This document shows, one piece after another, positions 43,328 through 52,231 of a DNA stretch of 64,000 nucleotides. The notes beneath the pieces were generated by a model, which made no database searches, was not told the origin of the DNA, and was given only the letters and a program-made list of their open reading frames with translations. The stretch lies in NCBI GenBank assembly GCA_965227065.1, contig CBDDFN010000009.1, positions 151,337-215,336 of the forward strand, given 5' to 3'. The position numbers and the translations under genes are program-made. How positions within the stretch are numbered: position 1 is the stretch's first letter; each line of letters starts with the position of its first letter. This stretch comes from Alphaproteobacteria bacterium. Its GTDB lineage: Bacteria > Pseudomonadota > Alphaproteobacteria > SPJN01.

Positions 43328-45760
43328 CTAGAAGCTGGCTGTGAGTTGAATGGAGTATGTTCGCGGATCATTGGTCCGCGCCCAATGCGACCCAGTGAAC
43401 AGGGCAATGTCAAATGAGCGCGTGATTGTGGTCTTGTCGGTGAGGTTGCGCACGAACAGATTGGCACTCCACCGCCCGTCAATATCCTTCAAAGCCGCCC
43501 GCAGATTGAAAATCATATAGGCGTCCTGCTTGTCGGCGTCGTCGAGATCTGATTGCAGGAACTGCGTGCTCTGATAGTAAAGGTCACCGCCCACCACCAG
43601 CTCGACCGGCCAGTTAAACAGCTGGGTCGTGTAATCGGTGATCACCGTCAGCTGATAGCGCGGTGCGCCCAGCCGTTCATCGGACAAATCGCAAAACCCG
43701 TTCTGGCCCGCTTTGCAGGGGCCGTTCACATATTCGGTGTAAAACGCATCGAGAACCGAAAAGGACCCGCCCAGGAAAAATCCAAGCGGCAAGACCGCAC
43801 CGCCTTCAAGTTCGATCCCCTGGCTGACGCTGGCCGCGGCATTGTCGACGACGGGAGCAAGGCCGTTAAAAATGAACGTCTGGAGATTTTTGAATTCGGT
43901 GCGGAACAGACCCAGATTGACCCGGCCGACGCCATCGAGAAACTCGGCCTTGAGGCCAAGCTCATAGGTGTCGGATTCCTCGGGCTCAAACTCAATTTCC
44001 CCGGGATTAAGGGCCTGGGTGTTAAAGCCGCCGGCTTTGAAGCCGCGAGCATAGGTGGCGTAAATATTGATGTCGTCGGTCGCGCGCCAGATGACGGAAA
44101 CTTTTGGCGACAACTCGCTTTCTTCGCGCTTGAGGCCCTGCACATTGTAGTTGCCCGCACTCAGCACCGGAAACAACACAAGCCCGGGGCTGGGGATCTG
44201 GCCCAGTTCAAAATTCTGTGCTGTGAGTGAACCTTCCTTGCGCTCAAATGAGATGCGCAAGCCCGCAACCAGCGAAATCCAGGGCCGGATATGCCAGGTA
44301 AATTGCCCGAACGCGGCAATGCTTTGCGTGTCTTGCAGCAATTGGGTGTCACGGGTTTCAAGCGTTGCACCAAGGCCCGGCGTATTGAGCGAGGCCTGCA
44401 GCAGGGCGCCGACAACCGGTGTATTGACCAGAAGGTTGGGCAGCAAGTCGGTGAGCGTCACGCCCAGATTGTCGATTTTGGCGAGCTGGATGTGCTGAAA
44501 CGCGTCGAGGTGAGAATCAAAAAGATAAAGCCCGCCGATAAACTCGCCGTCGCCCCAATCGCCGAAACTGGTGTCACCGGCAACGCGCAGCTCAATCGTG
44601 GTTTGGTCATATTCATCAAATTGATCAAGCTGGATGATCGGAACGGGCGAGAAATCCGCATCAAGAATATTGTCGCGCTCATAAATCGAATGATTGGCAA
44701 CCAGTGTGAAATCGAGCCCGAACAGTTCGGTGCGCAGGCGGGCAGAGAAATCGGTGTTGACCTGTTCGGTAAAGCCGCGCTGATCGAACGAGCCTTGCCG
44801 GTCGACCTGAAACTCGACATCGGGGTCAAACAGTTCCGACAGCACGCCCAGGCCGGTCCCGACCGCGCTGAGCTCAATGCCCGCGCCTTGCGGAACCACA
44901 TGTTTGTTGTGGGTGGCGGACACAACAAGATCGGTCGTGTCGGTCATCTCAAATGCGATTTTGCCGCGCACCAAATCCTGTTTGACCTGGCCGTCATCCT
45001 CGTCGAGATAGGTGTTGTAGACGAAGCCCGCGCGTTCGGTGTGCATCCCCGCAAAGCGGACAGCAATGCGGTCATCAATAATCGGAATGTTGACCGCGCC
45101 CTGGATGGCGCGCTTTTCATGGCTGCCCAACTCGCCGGTTGCGGTGACTTCCCAATCATAGACCGGGTCCTTGGTGCGCACCGTCAGCGCACCGGCAATA
45201 GTGTTCTTGCCAAACAGCGTGCCTTGCGGGCCGCGCAGAACCTCGACTTGCTGCACATCAAGAAAGGCCATGGTGAGGTAATGCACCCGGCCATAATAAA
45301 CATCGTCAATGATCAACCCGACCGATTGTTCAAACCCTTCCATCAGCCCCGAACCCAGGCCGCGAATGGCGACTTCATTGAACGGGCCCGATGACAAAAC
45401 GCTCAGATTGGGTGTGTATTTCGACAGGTCCGAAAAGTCCTGAATGTTCTGGTCTTTGAGCGCTTCGCCCGATATGGCCGAAACCGAGATCGGCACTTCG
45501 CGGATGTCCTGCTCTTTCTTCTGGGCGGTGACGATGATTTCATCAAGTCCGCGGCGCTTGGCCCGGCCGGCTTCCTGGGCCAGGGCCTGATTGGCAGGGG
45601 TGTCTTCTTCAATGGCAGAGGCGCCGAACATGGAGGTTGAGGGAGGCGTTGTCTCGTCCCCAGCCCCCTGCGCCGCAGCAGAGCCGTGAGACAGCGATGC
45701 AGCCACAATGAAGATGCCGGCTGATTGGCGCAGACGATCTCTTGATGGGCAATAGCGCAT
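43328..45760 (-). CDS. TonB-dependent receptor (paralog 2)
   Basis: Plug motif identical to paralog 1, with a C-terminal LTASF. 35 nt gap from paralog 1. Confidence 0.9.
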   Translation of the reverse strand: MRYCPSRDRLRQSAGIFIVAASLSHGSAAAQGAGDETTPPSTSMFGASAIEEDTPANQALAQEAGRAKRRGLDEIIVTAQKKEQDIREVPISVSAISGEALKDQNIQDFSDLSKYTPNLSVLSSGPFNEVAIRGLGSGLMEGFEQSVGLIIDDVYYGRVHYLTMAFLDVQQVEVLRGPQGTLFGKNTIAGALTVRTKDPVYDWEVTATGELGSHEKRAIQGAVNIPIIDDRIAVRFAGMHTERAGFVYNTYLDEDDGQVKQDLVRGKIAFEMTDTTDLVVSATHNKHVVPQGAGIELSAVGTGLGVLSELFDPDVEFQVDRQGSFDQRGFTEQVNTDFSARLRTELFGLDFTLVANHSIYERDNILDADFSPVPIIQLDQFDEYDQTTIELRVAGDTSFGDWGDGEFIGGLYLFDSHLDAFQHIQLAKIDNLGVTLTDLLPNLLVNTPVVGALLQASLNTPGLGATLETRDTQLLQDTQSIAAFGQFTWHIRPWISLVAGLRISFERKEGSLTAQNFELGQIPSPGLVLFPVLSAGNYNVQGLKREESELSPKVSVIWRATDDINIYATYARGFKAGGFNTQALNPGEIEFEPEESDTYELGLKAEFLDGVGRVNLGLFRTEFKNLQTFIFNGLAPVVDNAAASVSQGIELEGGAVLPLGFFLGGSFSVLDAFYTEYVNGPCKAGQNGFCDLSDERLGAPRYQLTVITDYTTQLFNWPVELVVGGDLYYQSTQFLQSDLDDADKQDAYMIFNLRAALKDIDGRWSANLFVRNLTDKTTITRSFDIALFTGSHWARTNDPRTYSIQLTASF

Positions 45761-45810
45761 TTAAACCACTCCGTTATTGCCGGGTTGATCCGTATGCCGG
45801 TCTGGAAAGG

Positions 45811-48303
45811 CTAGAATGTGGCCCGAAGCTGAACGGCGAAGGTTCTGGGATCGTTGGTTGTCACCCAGTGAGACCCGGTGAAGAAGGCGACGTCGGAGGA
45901 CCGTGTCTTGATGGTGCGGTCCATGACGTTGCGGACAAACAGCGAGACGTTCCACCAGCCATCAATACTGCGCAGTGACGCGCGCAGATTGACAAGATAA
46001 TAAGCATCTTGCGCATCGAACGGATCGCGGTCGGATTCAAAAATCTGCCGGGTCTGGAAATAAAGGTCTCCGCCAATCACCATTTCGATCGGCCAGTTAA
46101 ACAGGCCCGTCGTGTAGTCGGTGATGAAGGTGAACTGATTGCGCGGGTTGCCGCGCTTCTTGCCGGTCAGGTCGCAAAACCCGTCCTGTCCTGCAATACA
46201 CGGACCGTTTTCATAGCTCGTATAGAAGGCATCAAGGAAGGAGTAATTGCCGCCAATGAAGAAGCCCCAGGGCAGCACCGCGCCGCCTTCGATTTCAAGT
46301 CCCTGGCTGACAGATTCAGCAGCGTTGCGCACAATCGGTGCCAGGCCATTAAACACGAAGGTCTGAAGGTTCTTGAACTTGGTACGGAACAGGCCGAAAT
46401 TCACCCGGCCGACACCGTCAAGAAACTCGGCCTTCAAACCCAGCTCAATGGTTTTGGATTCTTCGGGCTCAAAGGCAATATCGGTTAGCGCAGCAGATGT
46501 GGATTGGGTGTTGTATCCACCGCCTTTAAAGCCGATCGCGTAGGTTGCATAGACATTGATCTCGTCAGTGGCGCGCCAGATGACCGAGAATTTGGGCGAG
46601 AAATCACTTTCCCGGCGGAACAGCTGATTGTCGCCCGTATAGTCGAAATTGTCGGCGTTCAGAACCGGCGCAAGGATGAGGCCAGGGCTTGGCACTGCGC
46701 CGAATTCATAGTTCTGGGCGAACAGATCACCGGTTTTGGTTTCAACCGCATAGCGCATGCCGACCAGCAGCGAAATCCACGGCTTGATATGCCAGGTGAC
46801 CTGGCCAAAGGCCGCGACGCTTTTGGTTTCTTGAAGCAGGCTTGTTTCGCGGGTCTCGAACACAAATCCGGCATTGGGCGTGTTGAGCAGCGTATTGAAG
46901 ATCAAGCCCAGAAGCGGATTTTGGCCGGTAATATTGTCGAGCGGTGTGCCGATCAGGCGGCCCAGATTGTCGACCTGGAATATTTGAATGTTCTGGAAGG
47001 CGTCCAGTTCGCTGCGGAACAGATAGGCGCCGCCGACATATTCAATCTCGCCCCAATCGCCAAGGAATGCATCGCCATTGACCCGGATTTCCAGTGTGGT
47101 CTGCTCATATTCATCAAGCTGGTCGAGCTGGACGAGGGGCAGTGGCGAGAAGTCGGCATCAATGCGGTTGTCGCGATCATAAATCGAATGCGCGGCAATG
47201 ACGGCAAAGGTCTGGTTGAACAACTCAAAATTGGCGCGGCCCGAAAAATCGGTCGTCGTCAGGTCGGTCATCGCCATTTCGTTCATCGAACCCTGGCGAT
47301 TGATGTCGGCTTCAAACTCATCGTCATAAAGCGGAGCGGCGACCTGCATGCCACCATCGGCCCGGCTGAGTTCGACACCGACCCCGTTGGGAACATCATA
47401 CTGGTTGTGAACCACCGTCAAAATCACGTCGGCGGTATCGGTAATGTCGAATTTCAGCTTGGCGCGGATCAGCTTTTGTTCGTTGGCACCGTCTTCGGCG
47501 TCAAAGAATGTGTTGGTGGCAAATCCGCCGCGTTCCGCCCAGCGGCCTGACACGCGCAGGGCCAGCCGGTCGTCAATGATGGGGACATTGATGGCGGCAT
47601 TGACGGAGCGGCGCTCAAAATCGCCAATCTCGCCGGTGACATCGACTTCCCATTCATAGCTGGGATTGGTGGTGTTGATGATCAGCGCCCCGGCAATCGT
47701 GTTCTTGCCAAACAGCGTGCCTTGCGGTCCGCGCAGAATTTCAACCTGTTTGACGTCCAAAAAGGCCTGGGTGAGGTAATGGACGCGGCCAGCATAAACA
47801 TCGTCGATGATCAGACCAACAGCCTGTTCAAAGCCTTCCATCTGGCCTGATCCCAGGCCGCGGATCGACACGCCATTGAACACGCCTGAGGCGTTGACCG
47901 ACAGGTTGGGGGTGTATTTGGACAGTTCGGTGAAATCCTGGATGTTCTGATCTTTCAGCGACTCGCCGGAAATGGCGGAGACGGAGATCGGGACTTCACG
48001 AATGTCCTGCTCGGTTTTCTGGGCGGTGACGATGATCTCATCAAGGCCACGCCGCTGCGCGCGCGGGGCGCCCTTGCTCATGGAGGCGGCAACATCGCCT
48101 TCAACATCGGCTGACCCGAATGTTGATTTTTGAGCCTCTTTGGTTTCACCAGTCTCGGCTGCGGGCTGGGAGGGGTCGATGGCGTCTTGCGCGGCGCTGG
48201 GCAGGGCGGTGCCTGATATCAGTAGTGACAGAGCCAGTCCGGCAACAGCGCTTTTTCGGATGCTGCCATTTTGCAGTGCAGCATTCGCTTCGTGATGCAT
48301 CAT
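45811..48303 (-). CDS. TonB-dependent receptor (paralog 3)
   Basis: Same plug motif (DEIIVTAQKTEQDIREVPISVSAISGE), with a C-terminal LRATF. 50 nt gap to paralog 2. An AT-rich promoter-like region lies upstream (48304-48510). Confidence 0.9.
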   Translation of the reverse strand: MMHHEANAALQNGSIRKSAVAGLALSLLISGTALPSAAQDAIDPSQPAAETGETKEAQKSTFGSADVEGDVAASMSKGAPRAQRRGLDEIIVTAQKTEQDIREVPISVSAISGESLKDQNIQDFTELSKYTPNLSVNASGVFNGVSIRGLGSGQMEGFEQAVGLIIDDVYAGRVHYLTQAFLDVKQVEILRGPQGTLFGKNTIAGALIINTTNPSYEWEVDVTGEIGDFERRSVNAAINVPIIDDRLALRVSGRWAERGGFATNTFFDAEDGANEQKLIRAKLKFDITDTADVILTVVHNQYDVPNGVGVELSRADGGMQVAAPLYDDEFEADINRQGSMNEMAMTDLTTTDFSGRANFELFNQTFAVIAAHSIYDRDNRIDADFSPLPLVQLDQLDEYEQTTLEIRVNGDAFLGDWGEIEYVGGAYLFRSELDAFQNIQIFQVDNLGRLIGTPLDNITGQNPLLGLIFNTLLNTPNAGFVFETRETSLLQETKSVAAFGQVTWHIKPWISLLVGMRYAVETKTGDLFAQNYEFGAVPSPGLILAPVLNADNFDYTGDNQLFRRESDFSPKFSVIWRATDEINVYATYAIGFKGGGYNTQSTSAALTDIAFEPEESKTIELGLKAEFLDGVGRVNFGLFRTKFKNLQTFVFNGLAPIVRNAAESVSQGLEIEGGAVLPWGFFIGGNYSFLDAFYTSYENGPCIAGQDGFCDLTGKKRGNPRNQFTFITDYTTGLFNWPIEMVIGGDLYFQTRQIFESDRDPFDAQDAYYLVNLRASLRSIDGWWNVSLFVRNVMDRTIKTRSSDVAFFTGSHWVTTNDPRTFAVQLRATF

Positions 48304-48512
48304 CGTGTCAGCCCCTCAACCAGCATCGATACAGTCATGTCTATCTGAAAACGGACAGTACAGAGCCGGTTTTGGATGACGCAAGTGCACAATCAGCGCA
48401 GTTGGAGTAATCACTCCAAACTTGTCCCGTATTGGTCACACCCTTGTAAAATAAAAGATAATTAAAAAAATAAACTGACAAAAATATTGGTCAATCGTTA
48501 TAAAACCATGGC

Positions 48513-48544
48513 ACAAAAAAAAGCCGGATCCCGAAGGATCCGGC
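48513..48544 (-). terminator. rho-independent terminator (minus strand)
   Basis: On the minus strand a perfect 9 bp stem GCCGGATCC-TTCG-GGATCCGGC is followed by TTTTTTTT. Confidence 0.65.
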
Positions 48545-48916
48545 GAGTTCAACAGGGAGGCTTCACGTCTGGAGAGACGTGAAAGGTCGGGTCCTAAATG
48601 GGGGGCAAGGACCCAACCAGCGTCGACCGGAGCCGACGCGGTACCATGGATCGCGTGGTGCGATGCAACATGGCACACTCTCTATCTACGCCTTATACAA
48701 AGGGGATGCAAGGGCTATTGTGCACTGCACACTTAATGGTCTCTTGAAGGAAAAGCCTGAAAAATCAGCTAATTGTTTGATTTTTCAGAACAAGTGTGGG
48801 GTCTTCCCTACAGGACTGTTCGCAAGTGCGACATTGGGGCACGTCGTTAGACATATTAAAGATAATTGTCTAATCGTCTCTCTATCGCCTTGAAAATAAA
48901 AGAGAATATTTTCAGA

Positions 48917-49893
48917 TTATTCCGCGGCCGCGCTAGACAGTTTGTCCAGCGGGTGCTCTGCAATAAATTTTTCCGCCTCAAGCGCCGCCATGCAGCCCAT
49001 GCCCGCGGCGGTCACCGCTTGGCGATAGACCTTGTCGGTCACGTCGCCGGCGGCAAAAACACCGGCAATATCGGTCGCGGTCGAATCAGGGGCCTTCTTG
49101 ATATAGCCGCTGTCATCCATGGAAACCGCACCTTTGAAGACCTCGGTCGCGGGCGCGTGGCCAATGGCGATGAACACGCCATCGGTTTTGATTTCGCTCG
49201 TCTCGCCGCTCTTGACATTTTTCAGGCGCACGCCGGTGACGCCAAGGGGATCTTCATCCCCCAAAATCTCGTCAAGCACCGAATCCCAGACAATTTCGAC
49301 CTTGTCATGGTTGAACAGCCGCTCTTGCAGGATGCGTTCGGCGCGGAATTCATCGCGCCGGTGAACCACCGTGACCTTGGAGGCAAAATTGGTCAGAAAC
49401 AGCGCTTCTTCAACCGCGGTGTTGCCGCCACCGACCACCACAACCTCTTTGCCGCGATAGAAAAAGCCGTCGCAGGTGGCGCAGGCCGACACGCCGAAGC
49501 CCTGGAACTTGTCTTCCGAGGGCAGCCCCAGCCAGCGGGCTTGAGCGCCGGTGGCGATGACAACGGTTTCGCCCCCAGTAAATATCGCCCGAATCACCCA
49601 CCGCCTTGAAGGGGCGCGAGGAGAAATCGACACTCATAATTGTGTCCTGGATAAGGGTGGTGCCGACATGCTCGGCCTGGGCCTGCATCTGTTCCATCAG
49701 CCAGGGGCCCTGGATCACATCGGCGAAGCCCGGATAGTTCTCAACATCGGTGGTGATGGTCAGTTGGCCGCCGGGTTGAATGCCGGCCACCATGATCGGA
49801 TTAAGCATGGCCCGCGCCGCATAGATCGCCGCTGTATAGCCGGCGGGGCCTGAACCAATGATCAAGACCTTGGTGCGGTGTTCGTTTGCCATG
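48917..49893 (-). pseudogene. trxB: thioredoxin-disulfide reductase with an apparent +1/-2 frameshift
   Basis: The N-terminal half ([27 protein letters not shown]...[11 protein letters not shown]) and the C-terminal half ([20 protein letters not shown]...CATCDGFFY...GHAPATEVF) are both TrxB-like but lie in different frames. They switch around 49585-49600 at ATATTTACTGGGGGCG. This is a real frameshift or a homopolymer sequencing error. Confidence 0.7.
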
Positions 49894-49952
49894 CGTCCCT
49901 CCAATTGCTGTTGCACCTATCTAAGGGGCAGGCGGGGGGGATGCAATGGCCA

Positions 49953-50960
49953 TCACGGATCGGTGAGAAATTCGGTGATGCGCGGCATGACGGATGCTGA
50001 CCAATCAAGCGTCTTGCTCTCAAAAGTCTCAAGCCGGCCCGCAAAGGGGCGGGTGTGTCCGGCAGCTTCAAGATCGGCATGGAAACGGTCAAACTTGCTG
50101 ACGCGGCTGAACCGGCGGTGCTTGCGCGGCAGGTCAATTCGGTAGACCGGTTTTCCGGTCGCGGCCGCTTCGCTGGCCATATTGACCGAATCTGAGGTGA
50201 CGACAATCAGCTCGGCAAGGGCCAGCATGCCAAACAGCGGATTGTCGCCCGCCCCGTCCCACAACCAGCCGTGCCGCGACCCGGCAAACCGGTCCTGAAG
50301 GGCCTTGAGGGCCGCCCCTTCGGTCCGGCGGGAAGCGGTGGCGAGCACCGACAGACCCGCCCGGTCGGCTGCTGTCAGCACCTGATCAGCCATCTGACGG
50401 GCAAAGGCGGTATCGAGTTTGAGCCGGGAGTTCGGCCCGCCAATCAGCAGGGCGGCAAACGGCGCGGGCCGTGGCAGCCGATCCTGCCAATCGGCTGCGG
50501 CCTCATCCAGGGTCTGGTCGGTGATGCGGTGCACCGCCCCCAGAATGGAGATGACATTGGGGCCGCTCAGCCGGTCATGGCTGGGGGCCACCACCAGATC
50601 AAACAGGCCCGGCGCGACGCGCGGGTCTTGAATATAGACCGTGCGCACGCCCTGCTTGCGCGCCAAAATAAGATAGGGGATTGCGCGGCGCCCGCAACCG
50701 ATCATCAGCGGGGGCCAGGGAGGTTTGAAATCTTGCGGGTTTTTAAGCGCCGCCATGGGGTCTGGCCAGCGGTCGGGCGGAAAATGCACTTGCCGTCCGG
50801 TCGGCTCAAGCCGGACAATGCGGAATGGCTCTCCAAGCCGTTCGGCCAGTCCCAAAGCCTGATTTTCCATCCCCGCGCGGCCATCAGAGACCACCCAGAT
50901 GCGCGGCGGTGCGGGCTGCGACGAACGATCCTTACCAAACTCGGTCATTTTATTGCGCAA
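49953..50960 (-). CDS. ELM1/DUF1022 family protein (mitochondrial-fission ELM1 homolog)
   Basis: GT-B-like fold sequence (RIWVVSDGRAGMENQALGLAERLG...), as commonly annotated for alphaproteobacterial ELM1-like proteins. Confidence 0.55.
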   Translation of the reverse strand: MRNKMTEFGKDRSSQPAPPRIWVVSDGRAGMENQALGLAERLGEPFRIVRLEPTGRQVHFPPDRWPDPMAALKNPQDFKPPWPPLMIGCGRRAIPYLILARKQGVRTVYIQDPRVAPGLFDLVVAPSHDRLSGPNVISILGAVHRITDQTLDEAAADWQDRLPRPAPFAALLIGGPNSRLKLDTAFARQMADQVLTAADRAGLSVLATASRRTEGAALKALQDRFAGSRHGWLWDGAGDNPLFGMLALAELIVVTSDSVNMASEAAATGKPVYRIDLPRKHRRFSRVSKFDRFHADLEAAGHTRPFAGRLETFESKTLDWSASVMPRITEFLTDP

Positions 50961-51065
50961 ACGCCCTCAAAGGGTTTATAGAAACGCCAGGTGCAAAGAT
51001 GCGGTGGCGGCGGGAAAACCCTGTCAAAGCTGCACACAAAAGGCAATGAGGGGTAGGGCCAGGCC

Positions 51066-51545
51066 ATGCCGGACAAAGGCCATAAACTGGATGCGACCGA
51101 CGTCAAAATCCTGACCGAACTGCAGGCCGACGGGCGGATCACCAATGTTGAACTGGCCCGCCGGGTCGGCATCTCCGCGCCGCCCTGCCTGCGCCGCGTG
51201 CGTGCGCTGGAAGAAGCCGGGCTCATTCGCGGCTATCATGCTGATCTCAATGGCCGGGCGCTCGGCTTTTCAGTCACCGTTTTTGCCATGGTCGGACTGG
51301 ATAGCCAGAATGAATCAGACCTCGAAGCCTTTGAAGCCCATGTCAAAGCCCATCCCATTGTGCGCGATTGCTACATGCTCAATGGCGAGGTGGATTTCAT
51401 GCTGAAATGTGTGGCGCCCGACCTTGATGCGTTTCAGGCCTTTTTGACCAGCCATCTGACACCTGCGCCCCATGTGGCGAGCGTGAAGACAAGCTTTGTC
51501 ATCCGTCAGGCCAAAGGCGAACCCGGCGTGCCGCTTGGGAAATGA
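51066..51545 (+). CDS. lrp: Lrp/AsnC family transcriptional regulator
   Basis: N-terminal HTH (DVKILTELQADGRITNVELARRVGISAPPCLRRVRALEEAGLI) with a C-terminal RAM domain. Confidence 0.85.
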   Translation: MPDKGHKLDATDVKILTELQADGRITNVELARRVGISAPPCLRRVRALEEAGLIRGYHADLNGRALGFSVTVFAMVGLDSQNESDLEAFEAHVKAHPIVRDCYMLNGEVDFMLKCVAPDLDAFQAFLTSHLTPAPHVASVKTSFVIRQAKGEPGVPLGK

Positions 51546-51548
51546 CAA

Positions 51549-51592
51549 AAGCCGGAGCGTATGCCCCGGCTTTAAATTACACACGCAAATGC
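51549..51592. terminator. bidirectional terminator between convergent lrp and greA
   Basis: Two adjacent GC-rich hairpins (AAGCCGGAGCGTATGCCCCGGCTTT, then ACACGCAAATGCGTGT), each flanked by A/T runs. Confidence 0.4.
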
Positions 51593-51595
51593 GTG

Positions 51596-52075
51596 TCAGC
51601 CGATGAATTTCACCGACAGAATTTCGTAGGAGCGGCCACCACCGGGCGTGTTGACCTCAACCGCGTCGCCTTCTTCCTTGCCGATCAGCGCGCGCGCAAT
51701 CGGGGACGACACCGAGATCTTGCCGTTTTTGGGCTCGGCTTCATCATCGCCGACAATCTGGAAGGTCTGCTCTTCTTCCGTGTCTTCATCGACCACGGTG
51801 ATTGTCGCGCCGAACTTCACCACCGAGCCATTGAGCGCTTTCACGTCAATGACCTGGGCGCGGGAAAGCTTGCTCTCAAGCTCATTGATGCGCGCCTCAA
51901 TATGGCCCTGCTGTTCCTTGGCGGCGTGATACTCGGCATTCTCTGACAAATCGCCATGCTCACGCGCCTCGGCGATCGCCTGAATGACGTTCGGCCGGTC
52001 GACATGCTTGAGCCGCTTGAATTCTTCTTCGAGCGCTTCATAGCCCGAAGCGGTCATAGGTACACGTTCCATCAT
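51596..52075 (-). CDS. greA: transcription elongation factor GreA
   Basis: GreA N-terminal coiled coil and C-terminal FKBP-like domain. 159 aa. Lies downstream of carAB, which is conserved synteny. Confidence 0.9.
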   Translation of the reverse strand: MMERVPMTASGYEALEEEFKRLKHVDRPNVIQAIAEAREHGDLSENAEYHAAKEQQGHIEARINELESKLSRAQVIDVKALNGSVVKFGATITVVDEDTEEEQTFQIVGDDEAEPKNGKISVSSPIARALIGKEEGDAVEVNTPGGGRSYEILSVKFIG

Positions 52076-52231
52076 GGGTCCTCGGCTTATGATGCCGGTT
52101 GATCAAAGGTTTCAACAAAGACCAAAGCCGAACGGGTCAATAACTCTCAGCCCGGGCGGGGTGCCCGGCCTTCAAGGTCACACTCGTAAGAAATATCGAC
52201 ACGGGCGCAGACGCTACCCGTCAGACTTCGA

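Noticed and set aside
48436-48893. Small ORFs (80 aa minus, 104 aa plus) in the trxB-TBDR intergenic region
   Set aside because: Both run through perfect hairpins and the terminator and have odd composition. The region is better explained as structured RNA or UTR.
48545-48916. Possible tmRNA, SRP RNA or RNase P RNA in the structured region
   Set aside because: I could not find the alphaproteobacterial tag-peptide frame (ANDNFAEEFAVAA-like), a T-arm/CCA acceptor, the SRP domain IV consensus or RNase P conserved blocks by eye.
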